The notes under the pieces were generated by a model, which worked only from the letters and a program-made list of their open reading frames with translations, was not told the origin of the DNA and made no database searches. DNA of 47,961 bases from Gemmatimonadales bacterium (GTDB lineage Bacteria > Gemmatimonadota > Gemmatimonadetes > Gemmatimonadales > GWC2-71-9): contig DATICZ010000026.1 in assembly GCA_035456525.1 (NCBI GenBank), positions 1 through 47,961 of the forward strand. The letters run 5' to 3'. The stretch's first letter is position 1; each line of letters starts with the position of its first letter. Both the position numbers and the translations under genes were made by a program. Positions 9,521-17,424 of this stretch are shown here, piece after piece.

Positions 9521-10036
9521 GTGCGCATACATACATCCGCAATCCGACTTGGCGCTGTAGCGCTGGCAATCGCCGCCTGCGGCAACGCGGTAGCCCCCAA
9601 CTCCAGGACCGTCGTGGCGAGTGTCATGCCCACGGGCGGCAGTTCCGGAGTCCCAACCGGTGCCTCGATGACTGTGACGTTCTCGGGACCGATGCAGGGC
9701 GGGATGGAGATGTACGCCGTGCTGCACCAGGGCAGCGTCACCGGACCAGCCGTCCCTGGATCATGGATGTGGTCGGCGGACCGGACGCAGCTCACGTTCA
9801 CGCCAACCATGCCGCTGCAGGCGCACACGGCCTACACGCTTCACATGGGTGGCGGGATGCTCGACGCCAGCGGGGCACCTGTCGACTACCAGCCCTGCGT
9901 GGATCGGATGGGAGGAGCCTGGGTGACGCCGACCATGATGGGTGGCGGCATGATGGGCGACTCCGGCATGATGGGGCCGGGGTGGAAGGGGTCGAACGGG
10001 ATGTACGGCATGACGTTCACGTTCACGACCGCCTGA
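9521..10036 (+). CDS. Met-rich lipoprotein with Ig-like (SbsA/Big_5-like) core; putative Cu(I)/Ag(I)-binding periplasmic protein
   Basis: GTG start and lipobox LAIAACG. It has about 19 Met in 171 aa, clustered as PMQGGMEMY, HMGGGM and TPTMMGGGMMGDSGMMGPGWKGSNGMYGM. It lies next to the cus-like operon. Confidence 0.6.
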   Translation: MRIHTSAIRLGAVALAIAACGNAVAPNSRTVVASVMPTGGSSGVPTGASMTVTFSGPMQGGMEMYAVLHQGSVTGPAVPGSWMWSADRTQLTFTPTMPLQAHTAYTLHMGGGMLDASGAPVDYQPCVDRMGGAWVTPTMMGGGMMGDSGMMGPGWKGSNGMYGMTFTFTTA

Positions 10037-10059
10037 GCCAGGTTCAATCCCCCCTCTCC

Positions 10060-11004
10060 CTACTTCAACGACGGCACCGAGGGGGTCGCCGCCCGCACGA
10101 ACAGTGATCGGTGCCGCTCCAGCACGGCGGCGATATCCCGTATCGTCGCTTCCGCTGCCTGCTCGCCCGCCGCGATCAATCCGGCGGGATCGCTGAAATC
10201 GGCGAAGTGACGGATCGCGACCTCGGGCCGCACCACGAAATCGGCTTCCTTCAGCTGGCTCTCCTCGAGCAGCTGCCGCGCCAGGGCATCCGCCAGCAGC
10301 GCCGTCGAGACGGCGCCCCGTTCCGTCTCGTGTACATGTCGGTCCGCGACATCGACCGCAACGACGTGAATCGCGCCGAGGTGATGACAGGTATTCGCCG
10401 GCACCGGCTCGGCCCAGCCGCCGTCCACCAGCACGTGGTCGCCGATCTGCAACGGCTCGAATAGCCCGGGGATGGCGGAGGAGGCGTAGACGGCGTCGAC
10501 CAGCGACCCCTCGGCGAAGATGACCCGGCGGCCCGTGACCAGATCGAGGGCCGTGGCGGCGAAGGGGATCCGTGCGCCGGCGAACGTGGCTTCACCGAGC
10601 AGGCGGCGCAGCGAAGCCCGCATCGCGTCTCCCCCAATGAGGCTGCCCCCCGGCCGGGCGGCACGGCGCAGGGTTCCCAGCATGCCGAGCAGACCGGCCG
10701 GGCGGCGAGCGTTGGACTCCGCCAGCGCTTCGAACGTCTCCGTGTTGAACCCGATTCCGGTGGTCGCCAGATGCTGGAGAATGCGCTGCTCCGCCTGCTG
10801 CGCTGTCTCCGAAGTCGCGTAGACCGCCCCGATGACGGCCCCGGCACTGGTTCCCGCGACGAAGGAGACGGGGACGCGTGCTCGCTCGAGCACTTTGAGC
10901 ACACCGATCTGGGCCAGTCCCCGAGCGCCCCCGCCCGAGAGTGCGACTCCCAGCTCCCCGCCGGTGACGCAGGCGCAATGGTCAGCAGTGCAAGCCGTGG
11001 TCAT
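10060..11004 (-). CDS. patatin-like phospholipase
   Basis: LSGGGARGLAQ (oxyanion GGxR), GTSAGA (GxSxG nucleophile) and LVDGG (catalytic Asp). It starts 33 nt downstream of the cusA-like stop on the same strand. Confidence 0.85.
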   Translation of the reverse strand: MTTACTADHCACVTGGELGVALSGGGARGLAQIGVLKVLERARVPVSFVAGTSAGAVIGAVYATSETAQQAEQRILQHLATTGIGFNTETFEALAESNARRPAGLLGMLGTLRRAARPGGSLIGGDAMRASLRRLLGEATFAGARIPFAATALDLVTGRRVIFAEGSLVDAVYASSAIPGLFEPLQIGDHVLVDGGWAEPVPANTCHHLGAIHVVAVDVADRHVHETERGAVSTALLADALARQLLEESQLKEADFVVRPEVAIRHFADFSDPAGLIAAGEQAAEATIRDIAAVLERHRSLFVRAATPSVPSLK

Positions 11005-11037
11005 AGGGCACTCCTTTCGCTGCGCGTCGCGAGCCCG

Positions 11038-14000
11038 TCAAGAACCGCGGGGCTCCCGCCCGAGCTGCCACCGGCGCCACAGGTAGTAGATCGCCGGAAT
11101 CACGGCCAGCGTGAGCACGGTGGACGTGATCATGCCGCCCACCATCGGCGCCGCGATTCGCTTCATCACGTCGGCTCCGGCGCCGCCACCCCACAGAATC
11201 GGCGCCAGGCCGGCCATGATCGCGACCACGGTCATCATCTTCGGCCGCAGTCGTTCCACCGCGCCTTCGTGCACCGCCGCCGCGACGCCCGCCGGGTCGT
11301 TCACCTGCCCGTGCGCACGCCGCTGGTGGTACGCCTCGTCCAGGTAGATGAGCATGATCACCCCGGTCTCTGCGGCGACGCCCGCCAGGGCGATGAACCC
11401 CACCCACACCGCCACGCTCGTGTTGTAGCCCAGCAGCCAGATGGACCAGACCCCGCCGACCAGCGCAAAGGGAAGCGCGAGCATCACGATGAGCGAGTGC
11501 GGCACGCTGCGGAAATTCAGATAGAGCAGCAGGAAGATGATCCCCAGCGTCAGGGGCACGACCAGCTTGAGTTTCTCTCGGACCCGCTGCATGAACTCGA
11601 ACTGGCCGCTCCAGGCGAGGCGATAGCCGGCCGGCAGGGTCAACTCCTGCGCGACGACGCGCTGCGCCTCGCGCACGTAGCCGCCCAGGTCGCGCCCGGC
11701 GATGTCCACGGTGACGGTCGTGACCGGAAACGCGTCGTCCGTCTTCACCGCCATGGGACCCTGCACTACCCGCACCGTCGCCACCTGGCCCAGCGGGATT
11801 TGCGGGCCACTCATGGTGGGGATGACGACGGCGCGCAGCCGGTCGAGGTTGTCGCGCAGCTCCCGGGGATAGCGGACGTTCACCTCGTAGCGCTCGCGCC
11901 CTTCGACGGTGATCGCCGCGGTCATGCCGCCGGCGGTGGCCATGATGGCGTCGTGCAGGTCGCCCGCGTTGAGGCCGTAGCGTGCCGCCTCGGTGCGATC
12001 GATGTCCACGTCCACGTAGTAGCCGGACACGTTGCGCTCGGCGAACACGTTCCGCGTCCCGGGTACGCCCTGCAGGATGCGCTCGACCTGCTCCCCCAGC
12101 CGTTGCAGCGTGTCGAGATTCGGGCCGTAGACCTTCACGCCCACCGGGGTCCGCACCCCCGTCGCCAGCATGTCGATACGGTTCTTGATCGGCATCGTCC
12201 AGGCGTTGGTCACCCCCGGCATCTTGACCGCCTCGTCCATCGCGCTCACCAGCCGATCGGTGGTCATTCCCGGACGCCACAATTCCCGCGGTTTGAGCAC
12301 GATGGTGTTCTCGTACATGTCGAGCGGCGCCGGGTCGGTGGCGGTGGCGGCGCGCCCGGCCTTGCCGAGGACCGAGGCTACCTCCGGGAAGGTGGCGATG
12401 ATGCTGTCCTGGCGGCGCATGATCGCCACCGCCTGGGCGATGGAGACGCCGGGGACCGTCGTTGGCATGAAGAGCAGCGACCCTTCGTCAAGCGGCGGCA
12501 TGAACTCGCTCCCCAACCGACTCCAGGGAAGGACCGTCGCGGCGAGCACCAGGACCGCACCGGTCACGACCTGCCACGGGTAGCGCAAGACCCGCTCGAT
12601 GACCGGTCTGTAGACCCGCATCAACCAGCGGTTTACGGGATTGGATTCCTGGGGACGGATCTTCCCGCGCACCAGGTAACCCATCAGGACGGGCACGAGC
12701 GTGATGGACAACAGCGCGGCGCCGGCCATGGCGAAGGTCTTCGTGAAGGCGAGCGGCTTGAACAGCCGGCCCTCCTGCTGCTCCAGCGAGAACACCGGCA
12801 AGAACGAGACGGTGATGATGAGCAGCGAAAAGAACAGCGGCGGCCCCACCTGCTGCGTGGCCTCGAGCACGACCTCCCAGCGCGGTCGGTCTCCCGCGCG
12901 CTCCAGGTGCTTGTGCATGTTCTCGATCATGACGATCGCGGCGTCCACCATCGCCCCGATCGCGATCGCGATCCCGCCCAGGCTCATGATATTGGCGGTC
13001 ACGCCGATGGCGCGCATCACGAGGAACGAAACCAGGATACCGAGCGGCAACGTGACGATCGCCACCAGCGCCGAGCGCAGGTGCAGCAGAAAGAGCACGG
13101 CGATGACCGCGACGATGAGCGACTCCTCGAGCAGCGTGCGTTGCAGGTTGCCGATCGCGCGATGGATCAGGTCAGAGCGGTCGTACACGGGGACGAGGCG
13201 AACTCCGGCCGGCAAGGTGCGCTGGATCTCGGCGATGCGCGTCTTCACCGCCTCGATGGTCTTCAGCGCGTCCGAGCCGAATCGCATGATGACGATCCCC
13301 GCCACGACTTCGCCGCGGCCGTTCAGGTCGGCGGCGCCGCGGCGCGGTGCAGGCCCGATGTGCACGGCGGCCACGTCGGACACGCGGATCGGCGTACCAC
13401 CCATGGTCGAGCCGACGGCGACGTTCCCGATGTCGTCCACCGTCCGCAGATACCCGAGCCCGCGGATCATGTATTCCCGGCCGCCCATCTCGATGACCCG
13501 TGCGCCCACGTCGGCGTTGTGGCTGCCGATCGACTGGACGACGCGCATCACCGGGATGTTGAAGGCGCGCAGCCGCTCGGGGTCCACCTCGACCTGGTAC
13601 TGCCGTACGAATCCGCCGAGGCTCGCCACCTCCGAGACCCCCGGAACGGCGGTCAACTGGTAGCGGACGTACCAGTCCTGCAGCGTCCGCAACTGCGCCA
13701 GGTCGAGCGAGTCGCTCTCGAGCACGTACTCGAACACCCAGCCGACGCCGGTCGCATCTGGCCCGAGGGTCGGCTCGACACCCCCTGGGAGCCGTTGCCG
13801 GAGGCCGTTCATGTACTCGAGCACCCGGGAGCGCGCCCAGTAGAGGTCGGTCCCGTCCTCGAACAGCACGTAGACGAGCGAGAGCCCGAAGAACGAGAAC
13901 CCGCGCACCGCGCGGGTACCGGGCACCTTGAGCAGCTCCGAGGCGATGGGGTAGGTGACCTGATCCTCCACGATCTGCGGTGCCTGCTCGCTGAATTCGG

Positions 14001-14151
14001 TCTGGATTACGACCTGGACGTCGGAGAGATCGGGCAGGGCATCCACGGGAGTCGTCCGGACGGCCCACAGTCCCGCGAGCACGAGGGCGACCGTGCCGAG
14101 CGACACGAGGAACCGGTTCTTGAGCGACCAGGCAATGACGTTGGCGATCAT
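11038..14151 (-). CDS. cusA: heavy-metal efflux RND pump, CusA/CzcA family
   Basis: Met246 of ORF 11038..14886. The N-terminus MIANVIAWSLKNRFLVS...TPVDALPDLSDVQVVIQTEF...FEDGTDLYWARSRVLEY closely resembles my memory of E. coli CusA. It is about 1037 aa with 12 TM-like segments. It has an ATGA overlap with the upstream adaptor gene. Confidence 0.9.
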   Translation of the reverse strand: MIANVIAWSLKNRFLVSLGTVALVLAGLWAVRTTPVDALPDLSDVQVVIQTEFSEQAPQIVEDQVTYPIASELLKVPGTRAVRGFSFFGLSLVYVLFEDGTDLYWARSRVLEYMNGLRQRLPGGVEPTLGPDATGVGWVFEYVLESDSLDLAQLRTLQDWYVRYQLTAVPGVSEVASLGGFVRQYQVEVDPERLRAFNIPVMRVVQSIGSHNADVGARVIEMGGREYMIRGLGYLRTVDDIGNVAVGSTMGGTPIRVSDVAAVHIGPAPRRGAADLNGRGEVVAGIVIMRFGSDALKTIEAVKTRIAEIQRTLPAGVRLVPVYDRSDLIHRAIGNLQRTLLEESLIVAVIAVLFLLHLRSALVAIVTLPLGILVSFLVMRAIGVTANIMSLGGIAIAIGAMVDAAIVMIENMHKHLERAGDRPRWEVVLEATQQVGPPLFFSLLIITVSFLPVFSLEQQEGRLFKPLAFTKTFAMAGAALLSITLVPVLMGYLVRGKIRPQESNPVNRWLMRVYRPVIERVLRYPWQVVTGAVLVLAATVLPWSRLGSEFMPPLDEGSLLFMPTTVPGVSIAQAVAIMRRQDSIIATFPEVASVLGKAGRAATATDPAPLDMYENTIVLKPRELWRPGMTTDRLVSAMDEAVKMPGVTNAWTMPIKNRIDMLATGVRTPVGVKVYGPNLDTLQRLGEQVERILQGVPGTRNVFAERNVSGYYVDVDIDRTEAARYGLNAGDLHDAIMATAGGMTAAITVEGRERYEVNVRYPRELRDNLDRLRAVVIPTMSGPQIPLGQVATVRVVQGPMAVKTDDAFPVTTVTVDIAGRDLGGYVREAQRVVAQELTLPAGYRLAWSGQFEFMQRVREKLKLVVPLTLGIIFLLLYLNFRSVPHSLIVMLALPFALVGGVWSIWLLGYNTSVAVWVGFIALAGVAAETGVIMLIYLDEAYHQRRAHGQVNDPAGVAAAVHEGAVERLRPKMMTVVAIMAGLAPILWGGGAGADVMKRIAAPMVGGMITSTVLTLAVIPAIYYLWRRWQLGREPRGS

Positions 14152-15347
14152 GGCCTGGGCTCCTTCTTGGGCTGTTCCATGTTCATCCCGGGCATCCCCG
14201 CCATCCCGCCGCCGCCCGCGAGGCGCGACTCCGCGTCGATGAGGAAGTTGGCGGACGCGGCCACCCGCTCGCCCTCCACGACGCCGCGCAGGATCTGGAG
14301 GCGGCCGTCGGCGCGGCCGCCGATCGTCACTTCCCGCGGTTCGAGCATCCCGCCGGCGCCCTCGACGAACACCAGATTCCGCTCGCCGGTCTGGACGATC
14401 GCTTCCGCCGGGAGGCTGAGGAGGTCCCGTCCCAGGGTCGCTTCGAACAGCAGGGTGGCGTACATGCCGGGTTTGAGGAGTCCCTGCGGATTGGCGAGCA
14501 CCACGCGGACCCGCCCGGTGCGGCTCTGGGCCTCGACCATCGGCCACACGAAGCTCACCCGTCCCGCGAACGTGCGGCCGGGGTAGGCGGCCATGTCCAC
14601 CTGGACCGGCGCCCCGACCCGGATCAGGCCGAGGTCCTGCTCGAACACTTCGCCCTCGACCCAGACGGTCGAGAGATTGGCCAGGCGATACAGCTTCATC
14701 CCCGGCATGACACCCTGTCCCGCCACCACCATCTTCTCCATCACGACGCCGTCGAACGGCGCGACCAGGGTCAGGTTCTTGGTCACCTCTCCGGTGCGCT
14801 CGAGACGATCGATCTGCTCGGCCGAAATGTCCCAGTACGCCAGGCGCCGGCGCGCCGCGGCCACCAGATCCTGCGCGTTGCGCCACGCCTCCGGCGCGGT
14901 CGAATCGACGGACTGGGCGAGGTGGATGGCGGTAAGCAGCTCCTGCTGCGCCGACACGAGCATCGGGCTGTAGATGGCGAGCAGCGCCTGGCCGCGACGG
15001 ACCGGGACGCCGGTCGCATCCACGAACAGCCGGTCCACGAATCCTTCGATCTTGGGGGTGATGTCGGCCAGATTGGGCTCCGCCGGCACCACCTGCCCGA
15101 CAGTGCGCACCGTGCGGGACAGCGGGCCGCGCGTGACTACTGTGAACCGGACGCCGATGGCCCGGGCCTGGTCGGCGCTCAGGTGCACGGGCTGGCGGGC
15201 CGTCGCGCCGGTGGTGTCCGCCGCGCCCGCCGTCATGCGGGCATGCTCTTCAGCGGTCATGCCCGTTGTCTCCGCCGGTGCCGACTTGCTGCGGCACGCC
15301 GCGGCGATGAGGACGCCGGCGAGGCCGGCGGCGACGATGCGCTTCAT
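14148..15347 (-). CDS. cusB: RND periplasmic adaptor (membrane fusion protein), CusB-like
   Basis: Lipoprotein signal MKRIVAAGLAGVLIAAAC. It has a Met/His-containing N-terminal segment (MTAEEHARMTAG) and a Met-rich tail (GGGGMAGMPGMNMEQP). It is stop/start coupled to both neighbours. Confidence 0.85.
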   Translation of the reverse strand: MKRIVAAGLAGVLIAAACRSKSAPAETTGMTAEEHARMTAGAADTTGATARQPVHLSADQARAIGVRFTVVTRGPLSRTVRTVGQVVPAEPNLADITPKIEGFVDRLFVDATGVPVRRGQALLAIYSPMLVSAQQELLTAIHLAQSVDSTAPEAWRNAQDLVAAARRRLAYWDISAEQIDRLERTGEVTKNLTLVAPFDGVVMEKMVVAGQGVMPGMKLYRLANLSTVWVEGEVFEQDLGLIRVGAPVQVDMAAYPGRTFAGRVSFVWPMVEAQSRTGRVRVVLANPQGLLKPGMYATLLFEATLGRDLLSLPAEAIVQTGERNLVFVEGAGGMLEPREVTIGGRADGRLQILRGVVEGERVAASANFLIDAESRLAGGGGMAGMPGMNMEQPKKEPRP

Positions 15348-16609
15348 GGCTCTCCTCCCGTCAGGGCTATCAGCTCGCCCACGGCCTGCTGGTAGTCGGC
15401 GAGCAGGCGGATGGTCTCGATCTCGTACCGGTTCACGGTCATCTGGTTGTCCACGAGCTGCATGAACGACACTCGACCGACGCGATAGCTGCCGAGCGCG
15501 GCCTGGACCGCCCCGCGCGCCTGCGGCAGGATGCTGCTGCGATAGAGACGAGCGAGGTCGGCATCGCGCACGGCGCGCGCCCGCATTTCGACGATGCGGG
15601 CGATCGTCTCGTTCCGGGCAGACAGCAGCTCGGCCGACGACATGTCGCGCATCGCCGCCATCTGGCGCCGCATCGGCAGCTGGCGGCTGCCGGCGAAGAT
15701 CGGCAGAGTGATGCCCACCATGAGGCTGACCATGTTGTCGTAGGCTGGCCGGGCCTGATAGGCGACCCCGACCTGCAGGTCGGGATAGAGCTCGCGTCGC
15801 GCGCCGGCCAGAACGGCGTCCGCGGCCGAAACGCGCTCGGCGCCGGCGCGGAGTGCGGGCCGATGGGTGAGGGCCAGGGCTATGAGCGTATCAGCCGCCG
15901 GCAGCTCCGCGCCCGGCTCCGGCAATTCGACGGCCGGGATGGGGACGCTGGCTTCGCGGCCGAGCCGCGCGTTGAGTCGCGCGGCCATGGCCACCCGCTC
16001 CTGCTCCATGCGCGTGATCTCTTCCCCCATGCGCGCGACCTCCACCTGCGCGCGGAGCACGTCCTGCTGCACCGCGTCGCCCACGGCGTACATCGTCGTA
16101 CTGACCTGGAGGAAGTCGCGCAGCAGGCCCTGCGTGCGGCGCATCACTTCGAGCGAGCGGTCCGCTGCGGCCACCTCGAAGTAGGCCATGCGGACCTGGG
16201 CGGCGAGCATCAGGGCCTGGTCCTCGGCATCCGCCCGCGCCGCGGCGGCGGCATGCTCTGCCGTGCGGCGCGCGCTCCCGAGCTTTCCGGGCCAGGGGAG
16301 CATCTGCATCAGCTGCACCTGGTTCATCGTCATCGGGTCCATCGTGGACCCGAACTGCCGGATCATCCGGTTCATGAGCCCGAACTGGAGCTGAGGATCG
16401 GGCAGTGTTCCGGCCGGTCCCACGCGCTGCGCGGCGGCGTCCGCGGCGAGGCGCGAAGCTCCGAGCATCGGATTCGCCTTCATGGCCATGTCCGTTGCGT
16501 CGGCCAGGGTGAGCGTATCCGTCGCGCCGCCCTGGGCCCGCACCCGCGTGGGCAGCAGGGCGACGACGAGCAGTGCGATTCGCACGATCGTTCGTGTCTG
16601 CGGGCGCAT
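15344..16609 (-). CDS. cusC: outer-membrane efflux protein (TolC/CusC family)
   Basis: Met98 of ORF 15344..16900. Signal peptide MRPQTRTIVRIALLVVALLPTRVRAQ, then two TolC-like helical/beta repeats. Its ATG overlaps the TGA of the upstream small ORF (TGATG). Confidence 0.8.
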   Translation of the reverse strand: MRPQTRTIVRIALLVVALLPTRVRAQGGATDTLTLADATDMAMKANPMLGASRLAADAAAQRVGPAGTLPDPQLQFGLMNRMIRQFGSTMDPMTMNQVQLMQMLPWPGKLGSARRTAEHAAAAARADAEDQALMLAAQVRMAYFEVAAADRSLEVMRRTQGLLRDFLQVSTTMYAVGDAVQQDVLRAQVEVARMGEEITRMEQERVAMAARLNARLGREASVPIPAVELPEPGAELPAADTLIALALTHRPALRAGAERVSAADAVLAGARRELYPDLQVGVAYQARPAYDNMVSLMVGITLPIFAGSRQLPMRRQMAAMRDMSSAELLSARNETIARIVEMRARAVRDADLARLYRSSILPQARGAVQAALGSYRVGRVSFMQLVDNQMTVNRYEIETIRLLADYQQAVGELIALTGGEP

Positions 16610-16866
16610 CAGCGGACCTGCGCGGCCGGGCGCACCATCCGGTTGTAGGCCGCGCCGAGAATCGCCCCGGCGATGGCGCTCACGGCCGCTCCCTCGCCCA
16701 TGCCGACGATCCAGCCCCAGAGGGTGGGGCCGGATCCGTAGAACAGATCCATCCACGGGTCGGGACGGCCCAGCAGGGCGTACAGACCGAAGCAGAGTGC
16801 GGTGATGACGGCCCCCGCGATCGCGCCGGCAATGGCCAGCGCCCGGATGTCCAGTAGCGCTTTCAT
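16609..16866 (-). CDS. small two-TM membrane protein of unknown function, first cistron coupled to the cusC-like gene
   Basis: 85 aa with two Gly/Ala-rich hydrophobic helices (ALAIAGAIAGAVITALCFGLYALL; GEGAAVSAIAGAILGAA). An AAGGAGGA SD lies 5-6 nt upstream of the ATG. Its stop overlaps the cusC start. Confidence 0.55.
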   Translation of the reverse strand: MKALLDIRALAIAGAIAGAVITALCFGLYALLGRPDPWMDLFYGSGPTLWGWIVGMGEGAAVSAIAGAILGAAYNRMVRPAAQVR

Positions 16867-16874
16867 GGATCCTC

Positions 16875-16901
16875 CTTGTCTCCCAGGGAGGCGGAGACAA
16901 G
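16875..16901 (-). promoter_or_regulatory. 9-bp perfect stem-loop abutting the SD of the 2-TM gene
   Basis: CTTGTCTCC (16875-16883) pairs with GGAGACAAG (16893-16901) around a 9-nt loop. On the minus-strand RNA the 3' arm runs directly into AAGGAGGATCC-ATG. Confidence 0.4.
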
Positions 16902-16963
16902 ACGACGTTCAGGGGCTACAGCCAGTCTGCAGCCCGCACGTGGTCGCCGTCAGGCGACGAGGA

Positions 16964-17320
16964 TCAGCGGTTGGGGGGAGGTGTCGGTGGAGCGGAGTGG
17001 GGACCAGACGGACCGGCGATGCGCACCGGAAGCTCGCGCACGGCCCGCGGCGCCACGCGGCCGGCGATGACCCGTTCCGGTTGCACGGCGATCGTCGCGG
17101 TGCAGGTCCCCGAGGGGCAGCCCAGTTGCTCGGTGTGCTGGCAGGGCGCCCCAGCGTGATGCGCGACCGAGGAGAGAACTCCACCGGCAGCGGGGGGCAT
17201 GGCGCAGCCGTGGGACGAGGGCATGGCGCCAAACGCCGACGACGGCGCGAGCCACAACACCGCGATCGCCAACAATGTGGCGATCGCGCGTTTGCCCGCG
17301 GGGCGTGTCGGTTTCGTCAA
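16964..17320 (-). CDS. secreted Cys/His-rich small protein, putative periplasmic metal-binding accessory
   Basis: Residue 46 (TTG) of ORF 16964..17455, preceded by GGGAGA-N4. Signal peptide KRAIATLLAIAVLWLAPSSAFG. The mature part has HGC, HH, C-x-H and C-x4-C (4 Cys, 5 His) and a Pro-rich tail. GC3 looks gene-like. The start codon is uncertain. Confidence 0.45.
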   Translation of the reverse strand: MTKPTRPAGKRAIATLLAIAVLWLAPSSAFGAMPSSHGCAMPPAAGGVLSSVAHHAGAPCQHTEQLGCPSGTCTATIAVQPERVIAGRVAPRAVRELPVRIAGPSGPHSAPPTPPPNR

Positions 17321-17424
17321 TCGATCTCCCGGTGCGACGTGTCCGGCCGAAGACTGCCGGGCCCGGCATGAAGAAATACGCAAAGACGCGTGAAGAGCGC
17401 TAGATTGGACGCCCCTGCTTCGGA

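Noticed and set aside
10771-14586. 1271-aa plus-strand ORF opposite the cusA-like gene
   Set aside because: It is a shadow ORF typical of very high G+C. Its composition is dominated by Arg/His/Asp/Gly/Pro, with no recognisable motif. It exactly mirrors a gene that has strong CusA-like motifs.
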